A DNA stretch of 48,693 nucleotides from a bacterium (GCA_046758365.1 JBHIAC010000009.1:1-48693), one strand, 5' to 3'; numbered from the stretch's first letter, positions 20,196 through 28,912 are shown. Numbers and translations: made by a program. The notes: a model not told the origin generated them from the sequence alone.

Positions 20196-21224
20196 TTATA
20201 CTACCTCCTTGACACGTCTAATATGGATCATTTCTGCTTGTTTATTTCTTAATGCAATAGAGGCGCCTCGGATATTGTAGGCAGTTGGATCGCCGCCTGC
20301 ACTTCGCATCTCCACTGAAATGACAGTCCCGGGAATCACGCCCAGGTCCAAGAGTCGACGGCGTTGTTGACCATGACAAGCTTTTGAGATGCCAATTACT
20401 TCGCCTTTTTCACCTATATTCAATGATACCAAAGAATCATAAGGTCCTTCGATTTTCTGTTGTTTTGGCAGCGGTACTACAGTAACATTTGAAGCGACAA
20501 CAGGAGCCAGCACGTTCTCCTCTCCATCAGCGATAAAATGTATACGTTCCGGCGTTTTTTCTAACATCCGTAATTGTACTCCTGGATGTAAACCTTGTGC
20601 AACAAGTTGTGCATAAATTGCGTTTGGTTCGTCTTCGATGTGTATTATTTGAGCAAGCTTGCCTTCTGCTAAATCGGTTAACGCTTGCCCTTGTTTGGGA
20701 GGAAGACTGCCGGAGGGTGTAGGTATGGGATCACCATGTGGATCGTAACTTGGATGCCCAACATTAGCTGCGAGAGCCTCAGCCTCTTCGTCTGTCATGT
20801 GATGTTCCAATATTTCCGCTCTGTTGTGCCATTCCGTTTCTGCAAGTCCAGTCTCATCTGCGAGATATCTTTCCCATAAACGGTGAATTCGAATCATGCG
20901 TAGAGCGTAAGATCGACCCTCTGACGTTAACTGAAATCCCTCATCCTGGGATTTCACCAATCCGAGGGATTCCAGACGAGCCATGAGCTTTGCAGCCTGC
21001 TCTCCAGAGATTGACAATGTACCTGAAATGCTCTGTAACCTACATTTCAACCCCTGGTATTCTAGGTCATAAAGATGTTTTAAGGCATCTTCAATCAAAA
21101 CACGCATGGTATTGCGCGTACCGCGTTGCCATTTCCAGAAAAAACCACTCTTCGGCCAGAAGATAAATGAAATAAGCGTGACTGTAAGACTTGCAACTAT
21201 CAAAGAGGTAAAAGGATTAATCAC
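20196..21224 (-). CDS. TM-anchored DtxR-like protein with tandem FeoA domains
   Basis: N-terminal hydrophobic helix; [22 protein letters not shown]; two FeoA domains ([28 protein letters not shown]). Confidence 0.88.
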   Translation of the reverse strand: MINPFTSLIVASLTVTLISFIFWPKSGFFWKWQRGTRNTMRVLIEDALKHLYDLEYQGLKCRLQSISGTLSISGEQAAKLMARLESLGLVKSQDEGFQLTSEGRSYALRMIRIHRLWERYLADETGLAETEWHNRAEILEHHMTDEEAEALAANVGHPSYDPHGDPIPTPSGSLPPKQGQALTDLAEGKLAQIIHIEDEPNAIYAQLVAQGLHPGVQLRMLEKTPERIHFIADGEENVLAPVVASNVTVVPLPKQQKIEGPYDSLVSLNIGEKGEVIGISKACHGQQRRRLLDLGVIPGTVISVEMRSAGGDPTAYNIRGASIALRNKQAEMIHIRRVKEVV

Positions 21225-21328
21225 AAAATCACCCCCTCAAAAACTTGAACCAATATCCATACATTAGTAATCTGCTTTATCAATTTCATTTTAAGGTTAA
21301 CCCTGATTTTATATGATTGTATAATACG

Positions 21329-21982
21329 CTAAACAGGCAAAATTAATATATTATTAGTTAGAGCCTGTCCTAAGTAATGTTGATTTTCTCCGATTTTAAT
21401 TAATAAAGGACCGTCAAAAGGTGCTTTTTCCAATACTTCAATTTCAACCGTTGGAAAAATTCCAATATCTCCTAAATAACGAAGCATTTCTGGATCTTTA
21501 TCACTAACTTGTTCAATTTTAACTGTTTGGCCAGCCTCAGCAGTAGTTAACGGCATTAATATGCGTTCTGCTATTTCACCATCTTTAGTCGGTATAGGCG
21601 CCCCATGAGGATCCGTAGAGGGATTGCCAAGAAATTCGGACACTTTTTCTTCAAATTCTTCTGAAATAACATGCTCCAATTTTTCGGCTTCATCGTGAAC
21701 GCGGTCCCAACTATAACCAAGGGCTTCGGCTAAATATAATTCCAAAAGCCGATGGTGTCGAATAATTTCTAAAGCAATTTTTCGACCCGATTTAGTAAGC
21801 TCCACTCCGTGGTAGGGGGTATGGCGAATTAACTTAATCTCCGCTAATTTCTTAATCATACCTGTGACCGAAGCCTGTGAAACTTTTAATTTCTCTGCTA
21901 TCGCATTGGTTGTAATGGCTTCTTCTTTTGTGCCCAGTTTGTAAATAATTTTTAAATAATCTTGAATGGTTTGGGTAATCAT
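21329..21982 (-). CDS. DtxR/MntR-family metal-dependent regulator
   Basis: QDYLKIIY, SVTGMIKKL, RHHRLLELYL, AEKLEH, DPHGAPIP, C-terminal FeoA-like domain. Confidence 0.95.
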   Translation of the reverse strand: MITQTIQDYLKIIYKLGTKEEAITTNAIAEKLKVSQASVTGMIKKLAEIKLIRHTPYHGVELTKSGRKIALEIIRHHRLLELYLAEALGYSWDRVHDEAEKLEHVISEEFEEKVSEFLGNPSTDPHGAPIPTKDGEIAERILMPLTTAEAGQTVKIEQVSDKDPEMLRYLGDIGIFPTVEIEVLEKAPFDGPLLIKIGENQHYLGQALTNNILILPV

Positions 21983-22017
21983 CAAAATTCACCAGTTTTT
22001 TATATGAATTTCGGATA

Positions 22018-22046
22018 AAGATAAGAAATTCTTTAGCCAATGTCAA
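22018..22046 (-). promoter_or_regulatory. Sigma70 promoter of the dtxR-feo operon
   Basis: TTGACA-17 bp-TATCTT on the minus strand. Confidence 0.65.
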
Positions 22047-22192
22047 GAATAATTTTAGGAATACTTAAATTAATTTTTTGACAAACTTTAAACATAGAGT
22101 TAATAACGGTAGAAAAATAAAAAATATTTCTACCCGGGAAGGTGTTTTATTGTGAAGATGTTTTGAAATAAAGAAGAGAAATATAGAATCAT

Positions 22193-22921
22193 TTAAAGAT
22201 TATACATAATTTCACCTTTTATCGCTTCATCTAATTCAATTTCAGGTTCTTCTAATTCTAAAATAATATCATCAAACCAGGCCATTGCTTTTTGGCCGGT
22301 ATTATCAGTATCTACCATGATAACCACAGCAGAAACCATCTCAGGCGCTTTTCCAAATATTTTCATATAATCTGCAATAAAATCTCTTTTTTCGGTAATC
22401 CATTTTCCTGTGCGCTTGTTTCCGCTTTCAACGACAATGATTCCTACGCTGTTAGAGTATGGATTTTTATAATTGCTACCTACGGGTTCTTTGGCTGCCC
22501 AAACATAGCAAATAGCACGAGTTTTCCAATTGATGAAGTGAGGCTCAAATACAACAAATAGCCGAGCAACATAGTCATCGCCTATTTTGTTTTTTTCTTG
22601 GGTATTTTTTGACAGGCTTTTTGCTACCTTCCAGCGCCATAATATTTTCCCTCTTTTAGCTGGGTGCATACTTAACATACGCCAGAGTCCTGATGCGGAA
22701 TTATCACTTTTAGCCATGAGAACAAAATTGGTATCTTCCTGCACAACTATATAGCTGGTAGGTTTATCGCTTATTTTTCTTTCCATCCAATATTTATCCC
22801 AACCATTTTCAAATTCCCCTAACAGTTTATTAGAAATGGTTTGGGCGAAGACTAAAGCAATTTCGATAGGACAAATCAAATTCAATAAAGTAAAAATGAG
22901 AAATATTTTTGAAATTTTCAT
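22193..22921 (-). CDS. DUF3047-family exported protein
   Basis: Signal peptide; WRWKV, GDDYVARLFVVF, YVWA, IMVDTDNTG. Confidence 0.85.
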   Translation of the reverse strand: MKISKIFLIFTLLNLICPIEIALVFAQTISNKLLGEFENGWDKYWMERKISDKPTSYIVVQEDTNFVLMAKSDNSASGLWRMLSMHPAKRGKILWRWKVAKSLSKNTQEKNKIGDDYVARLFVVFEPHFINWKTRAICYVWAAKEPVGSNYKNPYSNSVGIIVVESGNKRTGKWITEKRDFIADYMKIFGKAPEMVSAVVIMVDTDNTGQKAMAWFDDIILELEEPEIELDEAIKGEIMYNL

Positions 22922-22966
22922 CAGCTCCCTCTCTTTAATTATTAATTTTTAAAAAAGTGGGAGGGT

Positions 22967-23551
22967 TTAAGGATAGAGTAGAGTTCTAATCCAGGTATCT
23001 TTCTTACGGATATATAAAATTCGCTCATGCAATCGATTTTCATATCTTTTCCAAAATTCGATCCGTTCGGGCTTTACGCGAATTCCAGACCAGAAGGGTG
23101 GACGCGGGACCTCCTTTCCTGCAAACTTTTTTTCTAATTCTTGAAAGCGAGCTTCTAATTCGCTGCGATCTTTTAGTGTTGAGCTTTGTTTTGAAGCCCA
23201 GGCAGCAATTTGACTCCCACGCGGTCGAGTGGCAAAATAAGCATCGGCCTCTTCGTCGGAAACCTGTTCTACTGAACCTTCTATTCGTACCTGATAATGA
23301 ATGGATTCCCAATAGAAACAGAGGGCTGCATAGGGATTACGCTTGAGTTCAGTGGTTTTACGACTCTCCAGATTCGTATAGAAAACAAAACCGCGATCAT
23401 CAAATTCTTTCAGCAACACGACCCTGGATGAAGGTTTACAATGTTGACCGGTGGTTGAAAGAACCACGGCCGTATCCATAGGCTCAGGTACATCGGTTTT
23501 TAAGAATTTTTCATAAAGTTGAGCAAAGAGTCGTATCGGATTCTGCTCTAT
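22967..23551 (-). CDS. pdxH: Pyridoxine/pyridoxamine 5'-phosphate oxidase
   Basis: SRVVLLK, FVFYTNLESRK, YFATRPRGSQIAAWAS, EFW...RLHER; start extended to an in-frame ATA behind GGGAGG. Confidence 0.93.
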   Translation of the reverse strand: MEQNPIRLFAQLYEKFLKTDVPEPMDTAVVLSTTGQHCKPSSRVVLLKEFDDRGFVFYTNLESRKTTELKRNPYAALCFYWESIHYQVRIEGSVEQVSDEEADAYFATRPRGSQIAAWASKQSSTLKDRSELEARFQELEKKFAGKEVPRPPFWSGIRVKPERIEFWKRYENRLHERILYIRKKDTWIRTLLYP

Positions 23552-23580
23552 TTACTACCTCCCTACAATTAATTTATTCA

Positions 23581-23736
23581 TAAATTGAGCGATTTTTCCT
23601 GCCGGGGGAGATTCGGTGTTCAAGCTTTAGCTTGTAGTGGCAGGCGTAAATACCACGCTAAAGCGTGAACCACCCAACGTTCTCTACGCCTAAACCCGTT
23701 TATGAAACAATTTTAGGCAGAATTTTGCTCAATTTA
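23581..23736. repeat. IR-bounded element carrying a REP-like doublet
   Basis: TAAATTGAGC/GCTCAATTTA outer IR; GTTCAAGCTTTAGCTTG (23618) and CACGCTAAAGCGTGAAC (23654) inverted hairpins. Confidence 0.65.
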
Positions 23737-23945
23737 GGTTATGTTAATAAAAGATAATAACTATTTTTCAATTTTGCAAATAAATTATCAAGGTAGTATT
23801 CTAAACAGCGGTCAATGAGTAAGCAAGCACTTGTTATAATAGTTTAATTCTCTTTTGTAAAAATTTTCTTGCATTTTTGAAAACAAATATCTTATATTGC
23901 CAAGCAATCGTTAAACAATTTACTATTTAATTTACATGTAAACCA

Positions 23946-24055
23946 TAGACTTCTGCAAAATAGGGTGTACAACCTTTAGGTTGAGATTGTCATAGGCAGG
24001 GTGAAGCCTGTACACCCATTTTGAGCATGCTTTAAATTAATTTTGCAGAAGTCTG
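23946..24055 (+). mobile_element. MITE family A copy 1 (110 bp)
   Basis: TIR AGACTTCTGCAAAA/TTTTGCAGAAGTCT; 8-bp TSD GTAAACCA; closely matching inverted copy at 27488. Confidence 0.9.
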
Positions 24056-24080
24056 GTAAACCATGATAAGGAGGTAATTC

Positions 24081-24983
24081 ATGAAAAGATTCTATCTAAT
24101 TATTTTTCTGACTTTACTGGTTTTAAGTTCAAGCTTTGCCATTGTTCAGCAAGACTTCTCAAAAGTAGAAATCAAGGCTACCCATGTAGCGGGTAACATT
24201 TATATGTTGGAAGGTAGAGGGGGCAATATCGGTATTTCGGTTGGCGAGGATGGCATTTTAATGGTGGATGATCAGTTTGCACCTTTGGCAGACAAAATAA
24301 AAGCTGCTTTTAAAAAGCTAAACAGCGGGCAGTTACAGTTCATTATAAATACCCATTGGCATTCAGATCACACCGGCGGCAATGAAGTCTTTGGGCCCGA
24401 AGCTACAATTATCGCACAAACTAACGTACGAAAGCGTTTAATGGCCGAACAAAGACGCGGGGAACGAGTCACTCCACCAAAACCCCAAAAGGCCTGGCCT
24501 GTGATCACTTTTGACGCTTCACTGTCTATCCATTTCAACGGCGAAGAAATAAAGGCCATACACTATCCCCATGGACACACTGACGGCGACGCAGTGATTT
24601 ACTTTACTGGATCCAATGTTGTACACATGGGAGATAATCTTTTCTCAGGTCGGTTCCCATTTGTCGATTTAGCAAGTGGCGGGGACGTAAAAGGGCTGAT
24701 CAAGAATGTTGAGGCAATTATCAGCGATCTACCTGAAGATGTGAAGATTATTCCTGGCCACGGTCCTCTTTCCACCCTGGATGACTTAAAGACATACCAT
24801 CGCATGTTAAAAGAGACAACCGGATTGATTAGTCAAAGTATGGAGTCTGGTAAAGACCTGGACGATATTAAGAAGGAAGGATTACCTGACGAATGGCAAT
24901 CGTGGGGTTGGCAGTTCATTTCAGCCGAGCGGTGGATAGATATTGTTTATAATAGTCTTTCAAAGAATGTTGTTAAGAAATGA
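24081..24983 (+). CDS. Exported MBL-fold metallo-hydrolase (cyclase-like)
   Basis: Signal peptide; THWHSDHTGGN, GHTDGD, HMGD, IPGHG. Confidence 0.92.
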   Translation: MKRFYLIIFLTLLVLSSSFAIVQQDFSKVEIKATHVAGNIYMLEGRGGNIGISVGEDGILMVDDQFAPLADKIKAAFKKLNSGQLQFIINTHWHSDHTGGNEVFGPEATIIAQTNVRKRLMAEQRRGERVTPPKPQKAWPVITFDASLSIHFNGEEIKAIHYPHGHTDGDAVIYFTGSNVVHMGDNLFSGRFPFVDLASGGDVKGLIKNVEAIISDLPEDVKIIPGHGPLSTLDDLKTYHRMLKETTGLISQSMESGKDLDDIKKEGLPDEWQSWGWQFISAERWIDIVYNSLSKNVVKK

Positions 24984-25261
24984 ATTGAACATCGTTGCAA
25001 TATTTTTTAAAATTAGATTTTTAAGTCCAGCAAAAACTCTAGCGGTCTAGCTGAAAAATTTCCCCGATTTCCATTATAATATTTAAGAAGGAATGTCTGG
25101 GTCCTCGTTTGCCCTGATATTCATTTTTATATTCCTGAAGGAAAATTGGGGTTGCGTTTTCAGTTATTGTTTTACGTCGAGTGAGGACGCTCAACAGAAC
25201 GAATGAGTGATTTTCAGTCCTTTTATTTGCACCAAATATTAAACAAATTTTAACAAACAGA

Positions 25262-27355
25262 ATGGCTATTCTTCATAAATCTAAGCGCCTCAAAAAGGAA
25301 CTGACGCTGTTTAACATATATGCCATTGCCACAGGTGCAACTCTGAGTTCAGGCTTTTTTTTGCTTCCTGGACTAGCAGCAGCCCAGGCAGGATCAGCCG
25401 TGGTTCTCTGTTATCTGATTGCTGCGGTTCTCCTGATTCCAGCGGTATTTAGCATGGCAGAGCTCTCCACCGCGATGCCGAGGGCTGGTGGTATCTACTA
25501 TTTTTTAGACCGCAGCATGGGGCCGCTTTGGGGAACCATTGGGGGCTTGGGAACCTGGTTAGCGCTTATTCTCAAGACAGCCTTTGCCCTTATCGGCATG
25601 GGCGCTTATGTAGGATTGTTTCTCCCAGAAATTCCTTTAGTACCTCTGGCCATCGTGTTTGCCATTTTATTTGGAACGATCAATTCGTTAGGTGCTAAAA
25701 AAACCGGACGATTTCAGGTCATTCTCGTAGTAGGACTTTTGTTCATCCTTTCCGGGTTTATGGGAATCGGTGTTTTGCAGTTAAAAGCTAAACACTTCAT
25801 AGGATTTTTCGATAAGGGTTTCAATGCCATCTACGGCACTGCAGGATTGGTTTATATCAGCTATGTAGGATTGACGAATATAGCGAGTGTTTCCGAAGAG
25901 GTTAAGAATCCTGAAAGGAACTTGCCATTAGGTATGTTTTTAGCGCTTGCAACGGCGATCATAATTTATGGTCTCGGCACAATAGTAATGGTAGGGGTGA
26001 TTCCGCCAGAAACCTTTTACAACGATCTTACACCCGTATCGTCGGTGGCCAAATCATTAGTCGGCCCCTGGGGTGCAGCAGTAATGACTGTTGCCGCTGT
26101 GTTAGCCTTTTTCTCTGTTTCCAATGCCGCTATACTTAGTGCTTCACGTTACCCACTCGCCATGAGTCGGGATCGTCTTTTACCTCGTTTCTTTCGTTTT
26201 CTGAGCAAACAAAGAACACCAAAGATTGCCATCTATACAACCGTTGGGCTAATTATTCTATTTATAACCCTGTTAGATCCAACAAAAATTGCTAAATTGG
26301 CCAGCGCTTTTCAATTACTGTTGTTTGCCTTGAGTTGTCTTGCTGTGATCATAATGCGAGAGAGTCGGATTGAATCATACGATCCAGGTTATCGATCGCC
26401 ACTCTATCCATGGTTGCAGATATTTGGCATCGTCGCACCTCTTTGGCTTATATTTGAGATGGGTCTGTGGTCGATTATGTTTATGCTCGGTTTAATTGTG
26501 CTGGGTACCGTCTGGTATCTTTATTACGCTAAGGATAAGGTGGTACGGGATGGTGCCATTTACCACATATTTGAAAGGCTGGGTGAACGGCGTTTTGAAG
26601 GACTTGACCGCGAACTAAGAGGAATTTTAATAGAAAAGGGACTCAGGCAAGAAGATCCCTATGATGTAGTGATAGCCCGCGCTATCTTTATCGACTTATC
26701 TACAAAAGCTACTTTTGAAGAAGTTGTGCAACAAGCCTCTGTTCAACTATCGCAGAGATTGCCTGTTCCTATTGAATTACTGAAAGAAAGTTTTATGCAA
26801 GGCACACGGGTCGGTGCTACGCCGGTTTCTCATGGAGTTGCATTGCCACATATGCGCCTTCCTGATATAAGTCAACCGGAAATCGTCATGGTTCGGGTTA
26901 AACAGGGCGTTGATGTAGATGTAGATGATGAATTCCTGGGAGAGCATGCCTCGGATAAGCCCGTGTATGCCTTTTTTTTCCTTGTGAGCCCAGAAGAATA
27001 TTCAGGACAGCACCTGAGGATTCTAGCTCAGATCGCTGGACACGCAGATGATGACAGATTTATGAAACATTGGCTTAATGTTAAAAATGAACAAGAAATG
27101 AAGGAGCTTTTACTTCGCGATGAACGTTTCCTTTCTTTACATGTGCATTCAGATTTAAAAACGGCTTCACTCATCGGATGTGCTGTTCGTGATTTGCATA
27201 TGCCTCACGGAAGTCTCATAGCATTAATCCATCGGAGTGGAGAAATCATTTTTCCAGGCGGCAGCACTGTATTGCAAGAAGGCGATCGCTTGACCATTAT
27301 CGGAGAGCCATTAGGAATCCAAAAGCTTGATGAGAAGTATGGTAAGAAACAATGA
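25262..27355 (+). CDS. APC-family permease fused to PTS EIIA-like and TrkA_C/RCK_C domains
   Basis: MAELSTAMPRAGGIY, VSEEVKNPERNLP; GATPVSHGVALPH, HLRILAQIA; IFPGGSTVLQEGDRLTIIG. Confidence 0.92.
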   Translation: MAILHKSKRLKKELTLFNIYAIATGATLSSGFFLLPGLAAAQAGSAVVLCYLIAAVLLIPAVFSMAELSTAMPRAGGIYYFLDRSMGPLWGTIGGLGTWLALILKTAFALIGMGAYVGLFLPEIPLVPLAIVFAILFGTINSLGAKKTGRFQVILVVGLLFILSGFMGIGVLQLKAKHFIGFFDKGFNAIYGTAGLVYISYVGLTNIASVSEEVKNPERNLPLGMFLALATAIIIYGLGTIVMVGVIPPETFYNDLTPVSSVAKSLVGPWGAAVMTVAAVLAFFSVSNAAILSASRYPLAMSRDRLLPRFFRFLSKQRTPKIAIYTTVGLIILFITLLDPTKIAKLASAFQLLLFALSCLAVIIMRESRIESYDPGYRSPLYPWLQIFGIVAPLWLIFEMGLWSIMFMLGLIVLGTVWYLYYAKDKVVRDGAIYHIFERLGERRFEGLDRELRGILIEKGLRQEDPYDVVIARAIFIDLSTKATFEEVVQQASVQLSQRLPVPIELLKESFMQGTRVGATPVSHGVALPHMRLPDISQPEIVMVRVKQGVDVDVDDEFLGEHASDKPVYAFFFLVSPEEYSGQHLRILAQIAGHADDDRFMKHWLNVKNEQEMKELLLRDERFLSLHVHSDLKTASLIGCAVRDLHMPHGSLIALIHRSGEIIFPGGSTVLQEGDRLTIIGEPLGIQKLDEKYGKKQ

Positions 27356-27487
27356 AATTGAATTAAACCTGATAAAAGTTATTAGCAAAGATTCTACATT
27401 TTTCTAAAATAAGGAGTTTTCAGCCACGTCTCTAGTCAAGAAAAGCAATAAAAGTACCTGCTATTACCCTCCCCAGTTTAAGTTGAA

Positions 27488-27598
27488 CAGACTTCTGCAA
27501 TATTAATTTAAATAATGCTCAAAATTGGGTGTACAGGCTTTAGCCTGCCTATGACAATCTCAACCTAAAGGTTGTACACCGTATTTTGCAGAAGTCTA
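27488..27598 (-). mobile_element. MITE family A copy 2 (111 bp)
   Basis: Reverse complement of 23946-24055 with a few substitutions; 9-bp TSD TAAGTTGAA. Confidence 0.9.
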
Positions 27599-27953
27599 TA
27601 AGTTGAAGGATAAAACCTCTGATTATACGTTTCTCGTCATTTAAGATATACGCACACTCCAGCAGCCATTTATTTTCAGCAATTCATTGATAATAAAATT
27701 CGGATGAGCAAAAACGAATATAATTGAAAAAACGTTTGACTTTTCACTTAACAGCTCCAAAAAACTTATTAAGTGGTGAACCATAAGCAATGATTTGTAA
27801 AACAAGTAGTTATTAAATTCCTTTAGAATTTATTTTGTTAAGTTGTTGTGGCTTTTTTCTTAATCACTAAATTCGGATCAATTATTGCCGATTGATTTAT
27901 TGTTGTCAATATTAGTTCAATCAACATTTTATATCAATTAGCACCGTTTTAAG

Positions 27954-28094
27954 ATGAATGAATTAGAATACTTATGTGGCCTAATTATACTATTAATTGG
28001 TTTTAATATAGGTTATTATGAATCCCGTAAGGGCTTAACTCTTGACGATTGGAAGAAAATTATTAAATTTGTTTTAAGCAAATTCAGAAAATAA
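27954..28094 (+). CDS. Candidate 46-aa single-TM small protein
   Basis: MNELEYLCGLIILLIGFNIGYYESRKGLTLDDWKKIIKFVLSKFRK; no clear SD. Confidence 0.35.
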   Translation: MNELEYLCGLIILLIGFNIGYYESRKGLTLDDWKKIIKFVLSKFRK

Positions 28095-28270
28095 GGTTGG
28101 CTAATTTGTTGAATGCTAATTAAAATAATTTTGAAAAAAATATTTTTCAAAAGAATTTAATAAGTAGCAAAGGCCCCAAACAATCATAAGGAATAAGACT
28201 TCAAATGTTTAGATGTTTTGAATATAAGCAATATACCGTGATCTAAAGATGCTAAATCCCCTTTACGTTT

Positions 28271-28522
28271 TTAGGCCTTTTTAACGAGACCTACTATCCA
28301 TAACAATACGATGGCCCCTACAAGGGCTGCAATCAATGATCCAACCAATCCGTAGATAGATATACCTAATAAACCAAAAAGGAAGCCACCTATAAAAGCA
28401 CCAATAACACCAACGATGAGATTACCAACTAGGCCAAATCCTTTACCTTTCATAATTTGACCAGCAAGCCAACCGGCGACTAAACCGATTAATAGAAATA
28501 GTATTAAATTCATTAAATTCAT
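28271..28522 (-). CDS. GlsB/YeaQ/YmgE (transglycosylase-associated) membrane protein
   Basis: IGLVAGWLAGQIM, GNLIVGVIGAFIGG, ALVGAIVLLWI; SD AAGGAGG. Confidence 0.93.
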   Translation of the reverse strand: MNLMNLILFLLIGLVAGWLAGQIMKGKGFGLVGNLIVGVIGAFIGGFLFGLLGISIYGLVGSLIAALVGAIVLLWIVGLVKKA

Positions 28523-28682
28523 TTTGTCCTCCTTCCTAATTATATGATTAGTTTGGGGCCTTGCATTTTGTTATTTCAGATTAATTTACCATGAATCATC
28601 CTTTTTTAAAATTATAACAATTATTTTTAGTTGTCAACAAAAAAATAAATAGGATCAAACAAAATAATTAGAAAAAAAATTC

Positions 28683-28711
28683 TTGACAATAATTCTAACA
28701 TTTTTTATATT
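28683..28711 (+). promoter_or_regulatory. Sigma70 promoter of the trp/aro operon
   Basis: TTGACA-17 bp-TATATT. Confidence 0.8.
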
Positions 28712-28731
28712 GTTAAAAATTAGAAATTAAA

Positions 28732-28830
28732 ATGAAGATTATCCTTTCCACAAATTATTATTGGGGCGTTTGGTATTGGTATTATTATGCCAAGAGTGGG
28801 AAGGATACATCTAAAATACCTTCAGGATAG
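28732..28830 (+). CDS. trpL: Trp/Tyr-rich attenuator leader peptide
   Basis: MKIILSTNYYWGVWYWYYYAKSGKDTSKIPSG; located between the promoter and the terminator ahead of trpE. Confidence 0.88.
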   Translation: MKIILSTNYYWGVWYWYYYAKSGKDTSKIPSG

Positions 28831-28858
28831 TTTTAATAGAAAATTTTAGCAAGTATCC

Positions 28859-28900
28859 AACCCACTATATAGAAAATATATAGTGGGTTTTTTATTTTAT
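28859..28900 (+). terminator. Attenuator terminator (3:4)
   Basis: AACCCACTATATA/TATATAGTGGGTT 13-bp stem plus T tract, just before trpE. Confidence 0.92.
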
Positions 28901-28912
28901 AGGCATTTTGAA

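Noticed and set aside
24081..24983. Beta-lactamase resistance gene
   Set aside because: HxHxDH plus overall pattern fits generic cyclase-like MBL hydrolases; nothing supports antibiotic activity.
25020..25230. Known c-di-AMP (ydaO) riboswitch
   Set aside because: The conserved motif order could not be matched by eye; kept only as an unnamed candidate switch.
23946..27598. Composite transposon formed by the two inverted MITE A copies around the MBL and APC genes
   Set aside because: Each copy has its own distinct TSD and the outer flanks do not match, indicating independent insertions.
28883..28912. trpE start at GTG 28883
   Set aside because: It lies within the attenuator terminator stem; ATG 28913 is more plausible.
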